From the NCBI RefSeq assembly GCF_040513095.1, contig NZ_JBEVDX010000035.1, forward strand, positions 13,768 through 77,767: a stretch of 64,000 nucleotides of DNA. The letters run 5' to 3'. The DNA is from Pedobacter sp. Its GTDB lineage: Bacteria; Bacteroidota; Bacteroidia; Sphingobacteriales; Sphingobacteriaceae. This document shows, in pieces, positions 58,857-64,000 of the stretch (position 1 is the first letter of the stretch; each line of letters begins with the position of its first letter). The translations under genes and the position numbers were made by a program. Below the pieces are notes generated by a model. That model saw nothing but the letters and a program-made list of their open reading frames with translations, had not been told where the DNA came from and made no database searches.

Positions 58857-59431
58857 TATAATCCCGGTTGTAATTTTTTATAAAACACGGAGACCATAAG
58901 ACCTACCGTAGTGCCCAGTGCTGCTCCTCCGATTGTATCCAGCGGATAATGCACCCCCACATAGATCTGTGCAAATGAAATCAGAAATGCCCAGGCCAGG
59001 CCCAGTGGTAAAACCGGCTTCCATTTCGGATAAAATACCATGATCAGGAATACTGCAATTCCAAAATGATTGGTGGCATGTGCAGAAGGAAAACTATAAC
59101 CACTGCCGCACTGTACCCTGTGAATAATCTCACTGGCCAGGTTAATGTCGTTACAGGGACGCAGCCGCACAACAAATGGTTTAATCAGCTTTGAAGAGAT
59201 AGTGTCTCCCAGGGCAAAGGTCAGTAAGATACCGCCAATGATATACCAGCCTCTCTTTTTATATTCCTTAAAGCAGAAGATGATAATGAACAGGTAGAGG
59301 GGCGACCAGAAAAAGCGGTTCCGTACCAAAGGCATCAGCCAGTCGAAAAAGCCATTGGAAAGGCCCCTGTTGATTTTTAAAAAAAGGGCTATATCAAAAT
59401 TATATAGGCTCTCTATCATACTTTTTTGCAA
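58856..59431 (-). CDS. PAP2 family phosphatase
   Basis: Motifs KPFVVRLRP, SFPSAHA and GVHYPLD. Confidence 0.85.
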   Translation of the reverse strand: MQKSMIESLYNFDIALFLKINRGLSNGFFDWLMPLVRNRFFWSPLYLFIIIFCFKEYKKRGWYIIGGILLTFALGDTISSKLIKPFVVRLRPCNDINLASEIIHRVQCGSGYSFPSAHATNHFGIAVFLIMVFYPKWKPVLPLGLAWAFLISFAQIYVGVHYPLDTIGGAALGTTVGLMVSVFYKKLQPGL

Positions 59432-60147
59432 ACAAGGATTAACCGTTCAGATTTAACCGCGTCGTAGGGATCAAGATTGTAACTGCCGAATGTAGTGGTG
59501 ATCTGCAATCCGCTTTTTTCGCACATGCGTTCGAAGTCTTCCAGTGTAAAAGCCTGTACGCGTTCTTCAAAAGCGAAGTGTTTGCTCTTATGTTCAAAAT
59601 TTATGTGTTTGATGATCTTGCCCTCGGAAACAAACTTGTGTATGTCAAATTCGATACCCTCAACGGTCTTGGTTTCCCGCTGAGTGAGGTTCTTCAGGAT
59701 CTTCTGCGTATTGAAATAATCAAGCACAAGCGTACCCTCATCTTTAATGCTCTTTCTGAATGACTTTAAAGCATTGACATGTTCTTTTTCTGTTTCGAAA
59801 TAGCCGAAACTCGTGAAGAGGTTCATGGCAATATCATAGTAATTGATATAACCGAGCCTGCGCATATCGTGAACAAAAAAGTGCAGGTGTTTCTGCTCAA
59901 ACTGGCGGGCATACTTGATGCTCTGTTCAGAAAGGTCTATCCCGGTAACATCAAATCCTTTCTTGTTCAGGTAAACGGAATGACGGCCGCGGCCGCAGGC
60001 TATATCAAGAATTCTTGAATGGAGCGCAGGTTTGAGGAATGCGGTGAGGTTATCTATGAGAAATTCGGCTTCTTCGTCGTTTCGCTGACTATATAAAATA
60101 TGATAGTAGGGAGAGTTAAACCAGTACTGAAACCATTTACGCTGCAT
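59416..60147 (-). CDS. Class I SAM-dependent methyltransferase
   Basis: Motif I ILDIACGRGRHS. Confidence 0.85.
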   Translation of the reverse strand: MQRKWFQYWFNSPYYHILYSQRNDEEAEFLIDNLTAFLKPALHSRILDIACGRGRHSVYLNKKGFDVTGIDLSEQSIKYARQFEQKHLHFFVHDMRRLGYINYYDIAMNLFTSFGYFETEKEHVNALKSFRKSIKDEGTLVLDYFNTQKILKNLTQRETKTVEGIEFDIHKFVSEGKIIKHINFEHKSKHFAFEERVQAFTLEDFERMCEKSGLQITTTFGSYNLDPYDAVKSERLILVCKKV

Positions 60148-60166
60148 AAGATATTTTTATAAAGGG

Positions 60167-60174
60167 CAAATATA
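60167..60174 (-). promoter_or_regulatory. TAnnTTTG -7 motif (TATATTTG on the minus strand)
   Basis: Exact motif 20 nt upstream of the methyltransferase start. Confidence 0.4.
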
Positions 60175-60233
60175 GCAAACAGGGCAGGATATTCAGTCAA
60201 TTCGGTTTAATTGGTATTCATTCTTAATTTTTG

Positions 60234-60241
60234 TACTTTTG
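60234..60241 (+). promoter_or_regulatory. TAnnTTTG -7 motif (TACTTTTG) with TTG 20 nt upstream
   Basis: Exact -7 motif, with TTG at 60211-60213. Lies 21 nt upstream of the proposed glmM TTG start. Confidence 0.5.
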
Positions 60242-60261
60242 GAAAACAAAATTTACAGCAC

Positions 60262-61650
60262 TTGACACTCATAAAATCTATCTCCGGAATCAGGGGAACT
60301 ATAGGTGGAACTGCCGGAAACGGACTTACACCAATTGATATCGTGAAGTTTACTGCAGCCTATGGCTCATGGGTAATACGGAATACCGGCATCAAAAAAA
60401 TCATCCTTGGCCGCGACGCACGGATTTCTGGAGAGATGGTCAATAATCTGGTTACAGGTACCTTACAGGGGCTGGGAATAGAGGTTGTGGATCTTGGTTT
60501 ATCCACTACGCCTACTGTAGAAATCGCGGTTCCCATGGAGAAAGCCGGTGGCGGCATTATCCTGACAGCCAGTCACAATCCGAAACAATGGAATGCTTTA
60601 AAACTGCTCAATGAAAAGGGCGAGTTTATCGATGATGCCAATGGTAAGGAAGTGCTGGAGATAGCGGAGAAAGCCGAATTTGAATTTGCCGAGGTCAATG
60701 ATCTCGGCAGGGTAACCTATGATGACAGCTATCTGCAGAAACATATTGAAGCTGTTCTGGCGCTGCCGCTGGTAGATGTGGAACTGATCAGGAAGGCTGA
60801 TTTCAAAATAGTAATTGACTGCGTGAATTCCACAGGAGGGATCTTTATTCCGGCACTGCTGAAAGCACTGGGTGTGAAAACAGTTTATGAATTGTACTGT
60901 ACTCCGGACGGAGAATTTCCGCATAACCCGGAACCGCTTCCTGAGAATCTTACAGAAATCTCTAAAGTTGTACAGGCTAAGCAAGCCGATCTCGGTATTG
61001 TGGTTGACCCTGATGTAGACCGCCTGTGTTTTGTGTCTGAAGACGGATCGATGTTTGGCGAGGAGTATACACTGGTAGCTGTTGCAGATTATGTACTGAA
61101 GAATACACCGGGTAATACTGTTTCTAACCTGTCATCAACACGTGCATTGAAAGATGTTACACTCAGAGCAGGTATGGAATACCATGCTGCAGCAGTTGGT
61201 GAAGTAAATGTGGTGAACCAGATGAAAGCTACAAATGCGGTTATTGGCGGTGAAGGAAATGGTGGTGTCATCTATCCTGAACTGCATTATGGCAGGGATG
61301 CCCTGGTAGGTATTGCGCTGTTCCTCACCCATCTTGCGAAGTTTGGTAAATCTGTTTCTTTGCTCAAAAGCAGCTACCCGACCTACCATATCTCAAAAAA
61401 TAAAATCACGCTCACACCAGAGATGGATATTGATGCGTTATTGTTAAAGGTGCAGGAGAAATATAAAAATCAGCCCAACAGTACAATTGACGGGCTGAAA
61501 ATTGAATTTGATAATGAATGGGTACATTTGCGCAGGTCAAACACTGAGCCGATCATCCGTATTTACAGCGAAGCTGAAAACGAAACGGTTGCCGAAGGCC
61601 TGGCGAATAAGATTATCTCAGACATTAAAGAAATACTAAAATTGAATTGA
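60262..61650 (+). CDS. glmM: Phosphoglucosamine mutase
   Basis: (M)TLIKSISGIRGTIGG N-terminus, active site TASHNP, and the DPDVDR metal loop. A TTG start at 60262 is proposed; the track ORF starts at 60211 and would cover its own promoter. Confidence 0.88.
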   Translation: MTLIKSISGIRGTIGGTAGNGLTPIDIVKFTAAYGSWVIRNTGIKKIILGRDARISGEMVNNLVTGTLQGLGIEVVDLGLSTTPTVEIAVPMEKAGGGIILTASHNPKQWNALKLLNEKGEFIDDANGKEVLEIAEKAEFEFAEVNDLGRVTYDDSYLQKHIEAVLALPLVDVELIRKADFKIVIDCVNSTGGIFIPALLKALGVKTVYELYCTPDGEFPHNPEPLPENLTEISKVVQAKQADLGIVVDPDVDRLCFVSEDGSMFGEEYTLVAVADYVLKNTPGNTVSNLSSTRALKDVTLRAGMEYHAAAVGEVNVVNQMKATNAVIGGEGNGGVIYPELHYGRDALVGIALFLTHLAKFGKSVSLLKSSYPTYHISKNKITLTPEMDIDALLLKVQEKYKNQPNSTIDGLKIEFDNEWVHLRRSNTEPIIRIYSEAENETVAEGLANKIISDIKEILKLN

Positions 61651-61655
61651 TACAA

Positions 61656-62804
61656 ATGAACAGAATCTATTTAGACAATGCTGCAACTACACCCCTGGAT
61701 AAAGAGGTGATCGCTGAAATGGTTCATGTGATGGAAAACTATTATGGTAACCCATCCTCTATCCATGCGCAGGGCCGTGAGGTACGCACATTGCTCGAAA
61801 AAGCCAGGAAGACTGTGGCTGGTCTGTTAAATGCAGTACCGGCGGAGATTTTTTTTACTTCCGGTGGTACTGAAGCCGATAATATGGCTATCCGCTGCGG
61901 GATCGCGGCATTCGGTATTAAACATGCAATTACTTCCAGAATCGAACACCATGCGGTGGAGCATACGATGGACCAGTTACTGAAAGACGGTGTTATCGAT
62001 AAGCTGAGCTATGTAAATATTGATGATAAAGGAACAATAGATTACGACCATCTGGAACAGCTGCTGAAAGAAAACCCGCGCTCTATGGTTTCGCTGATGC
62101 ACGCCAATAATGAACTGGGCACGCTGACCGATGTGGAAAGGGTAGGGGATATCTGCGAAAAATATGATGCGATCTTTCATAGTGACACGGTTCAGACAAT
62201 GGGTCATTATGTGCATGATGTGAGAAAGCTGAAAGCTCATTTTATTGTTTGTGCGGGCCACAAACTACACGGCCCGAAAGGGGTGGGATTCATCTACATC
62301 AATCATACTGTAAAAATTAACCCGCTTATTTATGGAGGCGCTCAGGAACGCAACATGCGTGGCGGTACCGAAAATATTTATGGTATTGTAGGACTGGCAA
62401 AAGCACTGGAACTGGCTTACGCTCATATGCAGGATCACCAGGATTATGTTCAGGGATTGAAAAGTTATATGAAAGACAAGTTGCTTGCCGAAGTGCCGGG
62501 CATCGGCTTTAATGGAGAAACAGCACCCGAAAAAAGTTTGTATACCGTTTTAAATGTATGTTTCCCCGAAATGGATATGTCTGATATGTTATTGTTTAAC
62601 CTCGATATCAATGGCGTGTCAGCTTCGGGTGGCAGTGCCTGCTCCTCGGGCTCCAATATTGGGTCACATGTATTGACGGCTATAGGAGCTGATCCTAACA
62701 GGCCTTCTGTAAGGTTCTCATTCTGTAAGAACAATACCAGAGAAGAGATCGACTACGTAGTTGAAAAGGTAAAACAAATTGTAGAACAAAATATAGCTGT
62801 ATAA
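61656..62804 (+). CDS. Cysteine desulfurase (NifS/IscS-like class V aminotransferase)
   Basis: IYLDNAATTP N-terminus, HKLHGPKG (PLP lysine) and SGGSACSSG (active Cys). Confidence 0.9.
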   Translation: MNRIYLDNAATTPLDKEVIAEMVHVMENYYGNPSSIHAQGREVRTLLEKARKTVAGLLNAVPAEIFFTSGGTEADNMAIRCGIAAFGIKHAITSRIEHHAVEHTMDQLLKDGVIDKLSYVNIDDKGTIDYDHLEQLLKENPRSMVSLMHANNELGTLTDVERVGDICEKYDAIFHSDTVQTMGHYVHDVRKLKAHFIVCAGHKLHGPKGVGFIYINHTVKINPLIYGGAQERNMRGGTENIYGIVGLAKALELAYAHMQDHQDYVQGLKSYMKDKLLAEVPGIGFNGETAPEKSLYTVLNVCFPEMDMSDMLLFNLDINGVSASGGSACSSGSNIGSHVLTAIGADPNRPSVRFSFCKNNTREEIDYVVEKVKQIVEQNIAV

Positions 62805-62826
62805 AAACAGAAAGATATTTTTAGGA

Positions 62827-62856
62827 AGCCCTGATCATGGATCAGGGCTTTTTTTA
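62827..62856 (+). terminator. Intrinsic terminator
   Basis: AGCCCTGATC-ATG-GATCAGGGCT hairpin followed by T7. Confidence 0.85.
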
Positions 62857-62948
62857 TGTACTGCGAAACGTGTTTAATGAATTGTGACAAACAATTTGAT
62901 TTTTTTGCCTGTTGTACTTGTAATCTACTTATCTTTTACTAAAAACCA

Positions 62949-63167
62949 ATGATTATGATTACTCCTGAAGAACACAACGAAGACGAAGAAAACAAAAAAA
63001 CTGTATATAAAGAAACGACTACGGATGAGAATGATGAACTGAGCAATGGCGAAACATCGTCAAATTCAGGATCCGGTTCTACAGCGTTTTCACACACGCC
63101 TGAGAGAAAGAATAAACCACTGGGTTCCGGACATGAGCCGGGAGTAACACCAGGAAGGGATTTCTAA
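62949..63167 (+). CDS. Small acidic, probably disordered protein, hypothetical
   Basis: 72 aa rich in E, D, S, T, G and N. Bracketed by two strong terminators, which suggests an independent transcription unit. Confidence 0.45.
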   Translation: MIMITPEEHNEDEENKKTVYKETTTDENDELSNGETSSNSGSGSTAFSHTPERKNKPLGSGHEPGVTPGRDF

Positions 63168-63187
63168 AAACAATAATATATCAATCA

Positions 63188-63219
63188 GAGGCTGTATAAT
63201 ATACAGCCTCTTTTTTTTT
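63188..63219 (+). terminator. Intrinsic terminator
   Basis: GAGGCTGTATA-AT-ATACAGCCTC hairpin followed by T9. Confidence 0.85.
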
Positions 63220-63370
63220 GTGTAAATATTCTGGTATTAATTTGTCTGGTAATAGATAGTCAGTTACATTAGAGGTCGTATTCAGATGGGCTGAAGCATC
63301 TCCATATTTTGAAGTTAGCTAAAACGTTTTTAAATCAAATACACCATTATTAATAATAAACTAATATACT

Positions 63371-64000
63371 ATGATGAAACACTTCTTATCAGTGTTACTT
63401 ATTGCTGCCGCGGTGCCGGCTTTAGCGCAGAAAACAGATAAGATCAGTGATCCTGTAGAATGGATTAACCCATTAATGGGTACTGCAAGTAAACCTGATC
63501 TGTCAAATGGTAATACCTATCCGGCAATTGCCCTTCCATGGGGAATGAATTTCTGGACTCCTCAAACCGGTAAAATGGGTGACGGCTGGGCTTACACGTA
63601 CGACGCTGATAAGATCAGGGGCTTTAAACAAACGCATCAGCCTTCGCCCTGGATGAATGACTACGGTCAGTTCTCTGTGATGCCAGTAACCGGTAAAATG
63701 AGATTTGCCCAGGATGACCGGGCAAGCTGGTTTTCGCACAAGGCAGAAACAGTAAAACCTTATTACTACAGCGTATACCTGGCAGATGCCGATGTGACTA
63801 CCGAAATTACTCCTACGGAACGTGCGGCACAATTCCGTTTCACCTTTCCCAAATCAGACAGTTCATATGTGGTGATTGATGCTTTTGATAAGGGTTCTTA
63901 TATCAAGGTTATTCCAAAGGAAAGAAAAATTATAGGTTACAGTACAAAGTACGCGAGAGGGCCACTGCCTAATTTCAAAAACTACTTTGTTGTATACTTT
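63371..64000 (+). CDS. GH92 family alpha-mannosidase-like glycoside hydrolase, N-terminal part; the 3' end lies outside the window
   Basis: Hand translation from the ATG at 63371: signal peptide MMKHFLSVLLIAAAVPALAQ, then NPLMGTAS...GNTYPAIALPWGMNFWTPQT...GWAYTYDADKIRGFKQTH, a GH92 N-terminal pattern. Open to the right edge, so it is missing from the ORF track. Confidence 0.75.
   Translation, partial: MMKHFLSVLLIAAAVPALAQKTDKISDPVEWINPLMGTASKPDLSNGNTYPAIALPWGMNFWTPQTGKMGDGWAYTYDADKIRGFKQTHQPSPWMNDYGQFSVMPVTGKMRFAQDDRASWFSHKAETVKPYYYSVYLADADVTTEITPTERAAQFRFTFPKSDSSYVVIDAFDKGSYIKVIPKERKIIGYSTKYARGPLPNFKNYFVVYF

Overview
The window looks like an ordinary chromosomal stretch of a Bacteroidota genome, probably Sphingobacteriia-like. 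Evidence: fused ccoN-ccoO, TAnnTTTG -7 promoter motifs, almost no Shine-Dalgarno sequences, and many Bacteroidota-typical DUF proteins. It is densely coding (about 70 CDS) and mostly housekeeping.

Main blocks:
1. Bases 1-8933: hemN converging on a complete minus-strand cbb3 oxidase supercluster (ccoI-ccoS-ccoNO-ccoQ-ccoP-ccoG-fixH-TauE/DsbD_2-like).
2. 9.1-15.3 kb: an orphan histidine kinase, a monofunctional ribB, a LysR/MFS pair and a GntR-TauE-DUF1634 operon.
3. 15.5-20.8 kb: a TPP riboswitch driving thiS-thiC-thiE'-thiE-thiG-thiH.
4. 20.9-33 kb: glycoside hydrolases and ndh, then a tightly packed cydA-cydB-HAD-DUF763 unit.
5. 33-48 kb: mixed housekeeping genes, small secreted proteins of unknown function and transporters.
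6. 48-64 kb: nusB-DUF1573-yajC, a separately started YbbR-like gene with coaE, then glmM, a cysteine desulfurase and a truncated GH92.

I found no rRNA, tRNA, CRISPR array, transposase, integrase, phage gene or recognisable defence system, and I cannot point to a convincing novel multi-gene system.

The most unusual signals are:
- A dense DnaA-box cluster in a promoter-less intergenic region between convergent genes (41.35-41.6 kb). It could be oriC or a DnaA-titration locus.
- An array of ACATC-N-GATGT palindromes in front of a GntR regulator gene.
- Apparent co-transcription of an HAD hydrolase and a DUF763 protein with cytochrome bd.
- A fungal TYR1-like prephenate dehydrogenase.
- Two small conserved ORFs below the 60-aa cutoff of the ORF track (ccoQ-like and DUF5522-like).

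All protein calls rest on reading the translations against remembered family motifs; no database search was run.
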